The translations under genes and the position numbers were made by a program. Shown here in pieces: positions 6,584-15,000 of a stretch of 17,464 bases of DNA (the first letter of the stretch is position 1; every line of letters starts with the position of its first letter). The stretch comes from Saprospiraceae bacterium (lineage in GTDB: Bacteria > Bacteroidota > Bacteroidia > Chitinophagales > Saprospiraceae). Location: contig JAHDCK010000046.1 of assembly GCA_020629915.1 (NCBI GenBank), positions 1 through 17,464 on the forward strand, in the 5' to 3' direction. The notes beneath the pieces are model-generated. The model had not been told where the DNA came from. It saw only the letters and a list, made by a program, of their open reading frames with translations, and did not search any database.

Positions 6584-6744
6584 ATTTGGTTGTAGTTTGA
6601 GATATGTTCAATTTTTTTTCAGACAAAAAACCCAGCTTGTTGCTGGTGTCAGGTGGGACACCTGACACGAAACCTCTTTTCCCGTCAGGTGTCCCACCTG
6701 ACGGTTTCAGGGCAATCATCTTTTTTGACCAAATGAAATCATTT
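6584..6744 (+). repeat. Copy 2 (best preserved) of the dimeric-palindrome repeat, bracketed by a perfect 17-bp inverted repeat
   Basis: Outer inverted repeat: 6584-6600 aaatgatttcatttggt / 6728-6744 accaaatgaaatcattt. Inner element: hairpin A 6646-6668 gtgtcaggtg-gga-cacctgacac (10-bp perfect stem); hairpin B 6683-6703 cgtcaggtg-tcc-cacctgacg (9-bp perfect stem). Confidence 0.8.
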
Positions 6745-6809
6745 AAAGCCATAAATTCTAATACAAACCAAATTTTTATTTAAAATTATAATATAATAAC
6801 TAAACAACT

Positions 6810-7793
6810 ATGGAATACCGCAGACTCGGAAAAGCAGGCTTGCAGGTCAGTGCCCTATCGCTAGGTTCCTGGCTTACTTTTGGAAAACAAATCGGCGATG
6901 ACGTGGCCGAACAGCTCATGATCACGGCCTACGAAAATGGCGTCAATTTTTTTGACAACGCCGAAATTTATGCCCGTGGACAATCGGAAATCGTCATGGG
7001 TAATATTCTAAAAAAATTAAACTGGGATAGAAGCTCCTACATCGTATCGAGTAAAGTTTTCTTTGGGGACGGTGGACAAAAACCTACTCAGCGAGGGCTG
7101 AGCCGCAAGCATATTGTAGAAGGTTGTCATGCCGCGCTGAAGCGATTGCAGGTAGAATATCTGGATTTATTTTTCTGCCATCGCCCGGATAAAAATGCGC
7201 CCATTGAGGAAACAGTATGGACGATGAATGACCTCATTCGCCAGGGAAAAATTTTCTATTGGGGAACTTCAGAATGGTCAGCGCAGGAAATTATGGAAGC
7301 GCACATGGTCGCTGAAAAGCTCAACCTCATCGGGCCAACAATGGAGCAACCGCAGTATAATATGTTTCACCGGGATAAGGTAGAAGTGGAATATAACCAG
7401 ATTTATAAAACTGTTGGGTTGGGAACGACGATTTGGTCACCGCTGGCCTCTGGTGTTTTGACGGATAAATATTTGAATGAATTCCCGGAAGGGACTCGAC
7501 TGAGTATCAAGGGTTTGGAATGGCTAAAAGAACGTTCTTTGAGTGAGGAGCGATTGGGTATTGTTAGAAAGCTGGATGCTTTAGCAAAGGACCTAGGTAC
7601 GAGTATGGCAAAGCTAGCCATCGCCTGGTGCGTTGCAAATCCGAATGTCAGTACGGTTATCCTGGGCGCGTCAAAGGTTCATCACCTGGAAGAAACGCTT
7701 ACTGCTCTGGATGTTTTACCTTCACTCACTCCTGAAGTGATGGAAAAAATAGAAGGGATTTTAAATAATAAACCTGCTCATCCGCAGTTTTAA
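6810..7793 (+). CDS. Aldo/keto reductase, Kv-beta / AKR6-like (Tas/YajO-type NADPH-dependent oxidoreductase)
   Basis: 327 aa. MEYRRLGKAGLQVSALSLGSWLTFGKQI...NFFDNAEIYARGQSEIVMG...LFFCHRPD... The TIM-barrel AKR signature residues (D, Y, K, H) are in the usual positions. Confidence 0.9.
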   Translation: MEYRRLGKAGLQVSALSLGSWLTFGKQIGDDVAEQLMITAYENGVNFFDNAEIYARGQSEIVMGNILKKLNWDRSSYIVSSKVFFGDGGQKPTQRGLSRKHIVEGCHAALKRLQVEYLDLFFCHRPDKNAPIEETVWTMNDLIRQGKIFYWGTSEWSAQEIMEAHMVAEKLNLIGPTMEQPQYNMFHRDKVEVEYNQIYKTVGLGTTIWSPLASGVLTDKYLNEFPEGTRLSIKGLEWLKERSLSEERLGIVRKLDALAKDLGTSMAKLAIAWCVANPNVSTVILGASKVHHLEETLTALDVLPSLTPEVMEKIEGILNNKPAHPQF

Positions 7794-7807
7794 TAAGTAA
7801 AATTATA

Positions 7808-7845
7808 AACCAATTCCGAAATTGTCGGAATTGGTTTATTTTTGA
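7808..7845 (+). terminator. Rho-independent terminator of the AKR gene
   Basis: aaaccaattccga-aattg-tcggaattggttt is a 13-bp perfect stem followed by atttttg. Confidence 0.8.
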
Positions 7846-7868
7846 GGTAGCAGAAAATTTCTCCATTT

Positions 7869-8321
7869 ATGAAAAACACTTTACTTGTTTTACTTATTAG
7901 TTTTTTGATGCTGGGTACGCTTGAAGCACAAACCTATATTTATCCTGCTTATGGTTCACGCTCCCATGCCAATGTAGACGTGACTCGTGTAAAATTGACC
8001 GAAACCTATAGTATGGTTGAAATGGAAGTAAATGTTCCCACCTCTGGGGGAAACTTGTACCAAGAGACCAGCTGGGTCGTTTGCATGAAGAAAGAGACCT
8101 ATCTACGAGATCGGGATAATGGTAAAAAATATTATATTAAACGGGTAGATAATGTCCCGATGTGTCCTCAAGATAAAGTGGTTCCGCCTGGTCAAAAGCT
8201 TCGGTTTCGGTTATATTTTGATGCCCTTCCCAAGACGACGAAACAGATTGATATTGTAGAGGAGGCAGAGAACTCAAATGATTTTAGCTTTTTTAAAATA
8301 TTGTTATTTCCAATTGCGTAA
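7869..8321 (+). CDS. Hypothetical secreted protein (150 aa)
   Basis: Signal peptide MKNTLLVLLISFLMLGTLEA-QT. Complete ORF in a gene-like position 24 bp after the upstream terminator. No domain recognised. Confidence 0.55.
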   Translation: MKNTLLVLLISFLMLGTLEAQTYIYPAYGSRSHANVDVTRVKLTETYSMVEMEVNVPTSGGNLYQETSWVVCMKKETYLRDRDNGKKYYIKRVDNVPMCPQDKVVPPGQKLRFRLYFDALPKTTKQIDIVEEAENSNDFSFFKILLFPIA

Positions 8322-8344
8322 CCTTACCTTTTTAAATATCTGTT

Positions 8345-8640
8345 TTTTTTAAGGAAATCATTGTGCCCTGAAACTGCCAGGCAACGCCAGACATTCAACG
8401 TCGGCTACCCCACGGCACACAAGTAAAAAGCAGGTTCTACTTATTACACGATCTATACACTACTCTGGATATGCACTTTTTGTACATAAATGCCTTCTGA
8501 CCGGATTAGGCTGTGCCTAATCCGAAATGCGTCAACAGGTTTTTAACCTGTGTTAAAGCGGTTAAAACCCGGTGATTCTATCGGGACGAAACCGCTACGA
8601 GCGTTTCGGTGCAGAGGAAAACTACGCCATCTATTTTTTA
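8345..8640. other. GC-enriched, hairpin-dense, ORF-free island inside the 540-bp gap upstream of sucC; candidate structured ncRNA or long regulatory leader
   Basis: Multiple perfect stems: tgtgcc...ggcaca enclosing gccagacattcaacgtcggc; cggattagg-ctgtg-cctaatccg (9 bp); caacaggtt-ttta-acctgtg; gcggtt-[cccg-gtgattctat-cggg]-aaccgc nested. There is no ORF longer than 60 aa in any frame across 8322-8863. Confidence 0.3.
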
Positions 8641-8822
8641 TATTTGTTTTATGTACAGTAGTGAATGCAGTTTATATTTGCTTCACCCAAATAATTGCCT
8701 GCCCCCCAAAAGGTCAATGTCAATGACATAAGCCAAAAAGAAAACCCGATAAGTTTGTTTTACTTTTCTAATCACTCGCAGGAACAAACAAAAGTTTGTT
8801 TCACTTTATAAAGCAAAAACCT

Positions 8823-8830
8823 TACTTTTG
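8823..8830 (+). promoter_or_regulatory. Bacteroidota-type -7 promoter element (TAnnTTTG) for sucC
   Basis: TACTTTTG lies 34 nt upstream of the sucC ATG. A TTTG at 8793-8796 could be the -33 element. The assignment comes from knowledge of sigma-A(Bfr) promoters in Bacteroidota, on the assumption that the taxon call is right. Confidence 0.3.
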
Positions 8831-8863
8831 CACCCGTTCCAATCATTGTAAAAAATCATAAAA

Positions 8864-10072
8864 ATGAATCTACACGAATATCAGGGTAAAGCATTATTGA
8901 AAAGTTTTGGCGTGGCCATACAGGAAGGACATGTCGTTGAAAACCTCGAGGATGCCGTAGAGGCGTACAAAAAAATCCAGGAAAAAACCGGTAGCAACAT
9001 CGCCGTCATCAAGGCGCAAATTCATGCCGGAGGTCGCGGGAAAGGCGGCGGAGTAAAAATCGCCAAAAATATGGATGACCTGAAGGAGCACGCCGGTAAT
9101 ATCATCGGCATGATGCTCAAAACGCCCCAGACTCCAGGTGGACTCGAAGGCCCTGGCAAGCTGGTACGAAAGGTACTCATCGCCGAGGATTCCTATGCTC
9201 CGGACTTTGATGCCTGCTCTGAAATGTACATCTCGATCATGATGGACAGAGGCCGCAAACAAAATGTCATCATCTACTCGACCGAGGGTGGAATGGACAT
9301 CGAAAAGGTAGCGGAAGAAACACCACACCTCGTTCACAAAGAATATATTCACCCGCACCTTGGCTTGCAGGGATTTCAGGCGCGCAAGGTGGCCTTCAAT
9401 CTCGGATTGAGCGGTGCGGCTTTCAAAGGAATGACCAAATTTATCAGCAATTTGTATAAGGCATTTGTTCAGTCGGATGCGTCTTTGTTTGAAATAAATC
9501 CTTGTATCGTCACGGGAGATGATCGTATCATTGCGGTGGATTGTAAAGTTTCTTTGGACGATAATGCTTTGTTTCGCCACAAAGATTTGGCAGAATTAAG
9601 AGATACCGATGAAGAAGATCCAACAGAAGTGGAAGCCAAGAGTTTTGGTTTGAACTATGTCAATCTGGATGGAAATGTGGGTTGTATGGTAAACGGTGCC
9701 GGATTGGCGATGGCGACTATGGACATCATCAAATTGTCTGGTGGTGACCCCGCCAACTTCCTTGATGTGGGTGGAACTGCTGATGCCGAGCGCGTGGAAA
9801 AAGCGTTTAGAATTATCCTGCGCGACCCGAAAGTGAAGGCGATTCTCATCAATATTTTTGGTGGAATTGTACGTTGTGACCGGGTAGCGAATGGCGTAGT
9901 GGAAGCCTACAAAAATCTGGGCGATGCGATTAACGTTCCGATCATCGTGCGCTTGCAGGGAACCAATGCGGATATTGCCAAAAAGATTATTGACGAGTCC
10001 GGGCTGAAAGTTCATTCGGCGATTTTGCTGAAGGAAGCGGCGGATTTGGTCAAGCAGGTTCTGGAAAGTTAA
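8864..10072 (+). CDS. sucC: Succinyl-CoA synthetase (ADP-forming) beta subunit
   Basis: 402 aa. [17 protein letters not shown]... ATP-grasp N-domain, and a C-terminal CoA-ligase domain with the GG(I/T) and NIFGGI motifs. Confidence 0.93.
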   Translation: MNLHEYQGKALLKSFGVAIQEGHVVENLEDAVEAYKKIQEKTGSNIAVIKAQIHAGGRGKGGGVKIAKNMDDLKEHAGNIIGMMLKTPQTPGGLEGPGKLVRKVLIAEDSYAPDFDACSEMYISIMMDRGRKQNVIIYSTEGGMDIEKVAEETPHLVHKEYIHPHLGLQGFQARKVAFNLGLSGAAFKGMTKFISNLYKAFVQSDASLFEINPCIVTGDDRIIAVDCKVSLDDNALFRHKDLAELRDTDEEDPTEVEAKSFGLNYVNLDGNVGCMVNGAGLAMATMDIIKLSGGDPANFLDVGGTADAERVEKAFRIILRDPKVKAILINIFGGIVRCDRVANGVVEAYKNLGDAINVPIIVRLQGTNADIAKKIIDESGLKVHSAILLKEAADLVKQVLES

Positions 10073-10090
10073 ACAACTATTTTATATATA

Positions 10091-10126
10091 AAAAAGGCCG
10101 ATTGAAATTTCAATCGGCCTTTTTTT
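10091..10126. terminator. Bidirectional Rho-independent terminator shared by convergent sucC (+) and the 10374-11006 gene (-)
   Basis: aaaaa-ggccgattgaaa/tttcaatcggcc-ttttttt. A perfect 12-bp palindrome is flanked by A5 on one side and T7 on the other. Confidence 0.8.
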
Positions 10127-10194
10127 GTATATTTAAAAATTATACCATTCTATATCCTGCCCTGAAGCAGGTAATCAATTAAAAGTGATAATAA

Positions 10195-10310
10195 TAAAAA
10201 GCCTGCTGGTTGCTGGTGTCAGGTGGGACACCTGACACGAAAACGTTTTCCCGTCAGGTGTCCCACCTGACGATGAATGTCAAGGAAAACCTGACGGTTA
10301 CAGGGCACGA
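10195..10310 (+). repeat. Copy 3 of the dimeric-palindrome repeat, carrying a 24-bp internal insertion/duplication
   Basis: Hairpin A 10216-10238 and hairpin B 10252-10272 are identical to copy 2. Then atgaatgtcaaggaaaacctgacg (10273-10296) is inserted before the shared tail ggtt(a/t)cagggca, re-creating a second cctgacgg. Confidence 0.8.
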
Positions 10311-10373
10311 CGATTTGCTTTATTATGCTATATTAATTACTTGCTTTATAGGACTTTTGACAATGGATTAGTT

Positions 10374-11006
10374 TTATTCAGCCGAAAATATTATTGGAAT
10401 GCCTACCTCCAGTCCTTTGCAATCGTCCTTAAAGTGTTTCAGTTTTTCCAGATATTTTTTTATGCCCATTTTTGCTTCGTTATCAAAGGCAGGGTGCAGG
10501 GATTTTTGGATAGTCATTTCCACCAGTTCACAATCCTGATCTAATTTAATTTTAATAATAACCGTCCCGGACAAAGCAGGAATTCCTTCTCCTCTTGGAT
10601 ATTTAACTTCTGCTTGAATTTGAGGAAAGATTCTTTCTTTCTTATCATAGTCGTAGTAGAATGGTATCCCGTTATTTCCGATTTCTCTCCAAATACCATA
10701 TTTCTCCTCAGCAATCAATTTTCCTTTTTCGTATTTCCGCGTTCTTCTCAACTCACCGTGATAAGAATATTCTTTCCACTCGCCTACCCTTTTGTTATAA
10801 TCATATTCTCTTTCTTCCTTGATTTTACCATTTTCATAAAATTCCCGATAGATTCCCTGCTTAATATAATTTTTCTTTTTTAATACAGTATATTCAAATC
10901 TAATGGTTTTCTCTCCCGGAAATGATTTTGTTATTTTTTTCAACTTTTGTCCGCTTAGAAATACTGGAAACACAATTAGTAATATAAATAAAATTTTACT
11001 TTTCAT
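10374..11006 (-). CDS. Hypothetical exported protein with MORN-like (YwqK-family) repeats and a TonB-C-terminal-like domain
   Basis: 210 aa. Signal peptide MKSKILFILLIVFPVFLSG-Q. Repeated Y/G/E/K-rich units (YREFYENGKIKEEREYDYNKRVGEWKEYSYHGEL...KYGIWREIGNNGIPFYYDY). C-terminal AEVKYPRGEGIPALSGTVIIKIKLDQDCELVEM...HPAFDNEAKMGIKK resembles the TonB C-terminal fold. Confidence 0.65.
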   Translation of the reverse strand: MKSKILFILLIVFPVFLSGQKLKKITKSFPGEKTIRFEYTVLKKKNYIKQGIYREFYENGKIKEEREYDYNKRVGEWKEYSYHGELRRTRKYEKGKLIAEEKYGIWREIGNNGIPFYYDYDKKERIFPQIQAEVKYPRGEGIPALSGTVIIKIKLDQDCELVEMTIQKSLHPAFDNEAKMGIKKYLEKLKHFKDDCKGLEVGIPIIFSAE

Positions 11007-11107
11007 AAAATAGTCGAGTTGTTTCCTTATTAGGATGACAACTTGATCTATTTTGGTGTGTAGGGAATATGGAAACTGGGGATTAGCGGAAGGAAAGAAA
11101 GTTTATT

Positions 11108-11326
11108 TTACTTTTTTATAACATATATAAAATACCACCTAAGGAGTAAAAATACCAAAATCGGGACAATAAAAACAGCAAAGAAAAATGGATACATGGA
11201 CAACACGCCTATAAACTGTATGGGTCTCGGCAAATCATGCCACATAAAAGAAAAGACCATTATTAAGTTATAAGGGAAAAAACCCAAGCCGATTAAAGGG
11301 AAAAACAACTCCTCTCTTTTTTTCAC
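11108..11326 (-). CDS. Possible small two-helix membrane protein (72 aa)
   Basis: Hydrophobic segments LFFPLIGLGFFPYNLIMVFSFMW and FFFAVFIVPILVFLLLRWYFIYVI. It lies between two same-strand genes. Hydrophobic ORFs are also easy to get by chance in AT-rich DNA. Confidence 0.3.
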   Translation of the reverse strand: MKKREELFFPLIGLGFFPYNLIMVFSFMWHDLPRPIQFIGVLSMYPFFFAVFIVPILVFLLLRWYFIYVIKK

Positions 11327-11467
11327 ACCAAAGACATTTCATCTTTTCCCAATAAAATAAGCGAATAGTAAATATGGAAGAGAAATCAATATAAACCCGA
11401 TGGCATAAACATAATCGTGTGGCACATTATTATGACCACAAATCCAATCCGGACAATGAAAATCCAT

Positions 11468-11965
11468 TTATTGGCATTGAATGGTAATCTCCGGAGTCAC
11501 CACAGGGTTGCTAAAATTGCCGGCGATGTCTTTTATTCTAATGGTGTAAAACTGTGCATTCGTTTCATCCACCGGAGCGAAGCAACTAAGGCAGCAAAAA
11601 TAATTTTCATCCATAGAAAAAGTGGCCTCACCGGAAATGCCATTGCCAACTCCTTGCTGGGGAATAACCGGTAATTTAAAATAAGAGGTATCATTAAAGT
11701 TGCTTCCAATTAGCATGACATCAAGCGAATTATCATCATTCCCCAAATCGCCATCCCCATCTGTAAAGCTAATCGTTATCGCCAATGAATCTTCCTGCTG
11801 GAGAAACTGAGAAACCACATTTGTTTTGGATATACTTACAAATTCAATGACGGGTTCTTCCGGGTATTCCGGCGGATCAACGCAGGCGTTAAATACAAAT
11901 AAAACACATACAAATAATATTGTTAGAATTTTTATATCACGCATTTTTTTACTTTTTATAACCAC
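11468..11965 (-). CDS. Hypothetical lipoprotein (165 aa; an alternative start at the internal Met would give 158 aa)
   Basis: ILTILFVCVLFVFNAC-VDPP is a signal peptide with a lipobox Cys. It contains a D/G/N-rich calcium-binding-like stretch FTDGDGDLGNDDNSLD. It lies 62 bp downstream of the WG-repeat gene on the same strand, so it is probably co-transcribed. Confidence 0.6.
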   Translation of the reverse strand: MVIKSKKMRDIKILTILFVCVLFVFNACVDPPEYPEEPVIEFVSISKTNVVSQFLQQEDSLAITISFTDGDGDLGNDDNSLDVMLIGSNFNDTSYFKLPVIPQQGVGNGISGEATFSMDENYFCCLSCFAPVDETNAQFYTIRIKDIAGNFSNPVVTPEITIQCQ

Positions 11966-12026
11966 AATTTACAATCTTTAACTTTTAAAGTAAAGCCTGT
12001 ATTGTCTTATTATAAAAAAACAAAAA

Positions 12027-15000
12027 TCATTCCTGCATTTTCCAGACCAATTGCCCGCCTTTGTCAAAATACCCCACTTTTCCACCCGATTCTACCCGGA
12101 ATAATCCCTCTCCTGCATACTGAATATATTCGTATTCCGGCGGGATGATAATTTCCCCTTCTTTGTTAGACAAGCCATATCGCCTCCTGACCTTTACTCT
12201 GGCAAATCCTTTTTCGAAAGGATACACTTTATCATATTTGGGCGGAACTAATAGGATTCCCTGCTGATTGATAACCGCCCATTTGTTTTTGACTTTGACC
12301 GGAGCTGTCCCTCCCCGGAATCCCATAGCTTCCTTGTAGGGTCCTGCATGTCCCCTGCCCGATAAATCCCTAAATACGAGATGCCCTTGTTTCTCCTGCA
12401 TCAATACCCGGTGACCATCGAAGGCCAGGATCTTACTTTCTGTCAGCGGCAGGGTAAGTTGACCTTGATGATCCAAAATGCAGAAGGTTTTGTGATCCAG
12501 TTTAGCAATGGCAAATCCATTCTTAAAATCCTGAATATTAACATATTTAAAATCAGTAATATTATTTCCACTCTCATCTATTACGGCCCATTTTTCTTTT
12601 TGTACGATTGACCGACTATTGGAAAATGAACGAGCCCGGTTATATTGAGCCGGGATAATCAAACTCCCGGATTCATCAATGTACCCGTAAAATTTGCCGG
12701 AACGAACGACCGCTTTGCCTTCTGAGAAAGGCAGGATTTTTTGAAATGATTTTTTACCTATACGTTTTCCATTTATATCAATAAGGGAATATTTAGGCGT
12801 GGCTGCATCCAAACGAACAACTGCAAGGCCATTGGACTGAAAGGGTTCAATTTTTCTGTATTTAGGTTTTAAAATATATTTTCCGTTTTTATCTATCAAT
12901 CCCCATAGATTTTCTTTACGGACTCTCGCTACTCCCTGGCTAAAATCAGTAGCTTCCTGAATAGGCAATTCTATGCGAACAGAATCCGATGGATCGATAT
13001 AAACGATTCCGCCTCTTCGTTTCACCCAAGCCAGACCCTCTGAAAAATTTCCTGCGGCTTTATATTTGGCAGGAATAGAAAAATTACCGTTCGGATCGAT
13101 AAAACCCCATTTACGTTCATGATTCACCGCGGCACGATTTTCTTTAAAATCCATGGCTTTTTTAAAACGGCAAGGTATTTTTTCAGTTGCGTTTTCATCT
13201 ACAAAACCCCATAGATGTCCTCTTTGAACGGCCACCCGATTTTCAGAAAAATTACGAACTTTAGTATATAATGATTTTACACGGGTTTTTCCTAACGAGT
13301 CAATCAAACCAAACTGTTCTTTTTGTTTTTCTACCCTAAAAATATCTTTGGAAGCTCTGGCCAGGTGAGAGACTTTATCGTAATCAAAACCCAATTGTAA
13401 ATGCCCTACAGAATCAATTAATCCATATTTGTTTTCTTTTTCAACAATGGCTCTCCCCTGCTTGAAATCCAGACCAAAATCAAACCCTTCGGGAACGACC
13501 ATTTGCCCCAGGGTATCTATATATCCCCAGGAACAATTTTCGCATTTGAGGTGAGCATTTTCTTCAAACTCCCGATCGTAATTTGTAATATCTTCCAGAG
13601 AGCAAGTGACTAATAAATCAAATAAGTAATTTTTAATTAAACCCAAACTTCTGTCTTTCTTTTTAAAACTACCAGACAAAACACCTTTGGCACTCGCCCG
13701 GGCTTTTCCTTCAACAAAATCACCGATATAAGCAAAATCCTTTTTGATGACTTTCCCGCTTTTAGTAATCAACCCATGCCGCCCGTCTGAAAAAACACAT
13801 CTGGCTACAGGTAAACTATCCTGTTCTATATCAGAAAAACGTATATCCCATATATTCATAAAAGTAATGGGCCTGCCTTTTTCATTATTAATTAATCCAT
13901 ATACGAAATTAAACTGATATGTTGTCCTTTCAAAATTGTGATAAAGAATCATTTCTTTTCCAACCACAGTAAACCCCAGTTCTTTTTTAACGATGATCCT
14001 ATCATATTCGGGTGGAATGACTTCCTTTCCGTTTTCAAGACTCCGCAGTCCCCACTTTTCTGTTTCAGCATGGTAGAACCATTCAAAGTTTTTTAGTTTA
14101 TATTTGTCATTTCCATTTGTATTTCTCAGGTCAATTCTGCGGGTACGGACATTTGCTTTTTTTCCAATTTTTATAGAGGCATATTTTTTAAATTTGTCCG
14201 CTTCTTCCAATTGGCCTGTTTCATCAAAAGTAAGAATAGTCAACTCATTATTCTTATATGTTTTTGCTACATTCTCTTCGAGAATTATGCGATCGAATTC
14301 AGCAGGTTTTACTTCTTCAAATTGGAGGTTGAGCAGTCCAAATTTCTCTTCTTTTTGCATCACGCAAACGGAATGATCAGGAGGCGATATATACTCATAC
14401 TCCGCCGGAGCCACTAACGTTCCTCCCTCGGCAGCAATACCCCATTTTTGTCTGGAGCGAACCCTGAACAAACCCTCTCCAAAAGGTTGAATTTCATTAA
14501 ATTGTGGAGGGAGGCAGGGCTTTCCATCCAAATGCAGCAATCCCAACAGACCCTTTCGGTTAGTTAGAATGTGGGTATCAAAAAAGAGATAAAAATTATT
14601 AAAACTTTCTTCGTTGATGATGCGTTCTTCCCGGATGGAATACAAGAAAATCTGGTGCTGATGATCCCATAATTTCAAAAAATTATTCCCCAAAGCCTGA
14701 TAGCTTTTCCATTCGGCTTTTAGGAGGATTTTTCCTTCCCTGGTGATGGCTCCCCACTTATTATTTTTTTTAAAATAAATTAAATTTCCTCGCGAATCCC
14801 TAAACTGCGCATACTCTGTTGGCAATAGTTTTTTCCCTTTTGGATCTAACAAGCCCAATCTGGATTTTTTGTGTGTCAGGATAAAATTTTTATCGGGTTT
14901 TAAAAAAGAAAAATGGCTATATTCCGGGTCAGCCACCACAGCTCCCTCCATATTGACCAGCCCCCAATAATTATTGTATCGAAATTTTATATATTTTTCT

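Noticed and set aside
8570-8640. The stretch ggtgattctatcgggacg...gaaaactacgcc resembles the tmRNA 5' end (GCUGAUUCUGGAUUCGACGGG) and the start of the E. coli tag ORF (GAAAACUACGC)
   Set aside because: The putative tag reading frame does not end in an ALAA-type tag. There is no tRNA-like 3' end (no GGTTCGAATCC or CCACCA) within 400 nt, and a tmRNA starting here would overlap the sucC start. Kept only as an unexplained structured region.
8894-10015. Minus-strand ORFs of 228, 139 and 65 aa inside sucC, and a 136-aa minus ORF inside mnmA (2981-3391)
   Set aside because: They are antisense shadows of strongly supported housekeeping genes, with no signal peptides or motifs.
2770-10310. Considered whether the three copies of the CAGGTG-containing palindrome could be a CRISPR array or its remnants
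   Set aside because: The copies are 3.5-3.8 kb apart, not 25-40 bp apart. Each is an internal palindrome pair, there are no spacers, and there are no cas genes. It is a dispersed REP-like repeat, not CRISPR.
10341-10883. Plus-strand ORFs 10341-10544 and 10614-10883 and minus-strand ORFs inside 12027-16902 (for example 12381-12611, 14104-14417, 15794-16435)
   Set aside because: They are antisense or out of frame within long, repeat-supported or signal-peptide-supported CDSs, with low-complexity F/I/L-rich translations typical of AT-rich antisense frames.
11417-11674. 85-aa plus-strand ORF opposite the 165-aa lipoprotein gene
   Set aside because: It is antisense to a CDS that has a clear lipoprotein signal peptide and an operon position. 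It has no ribosome-binding context.
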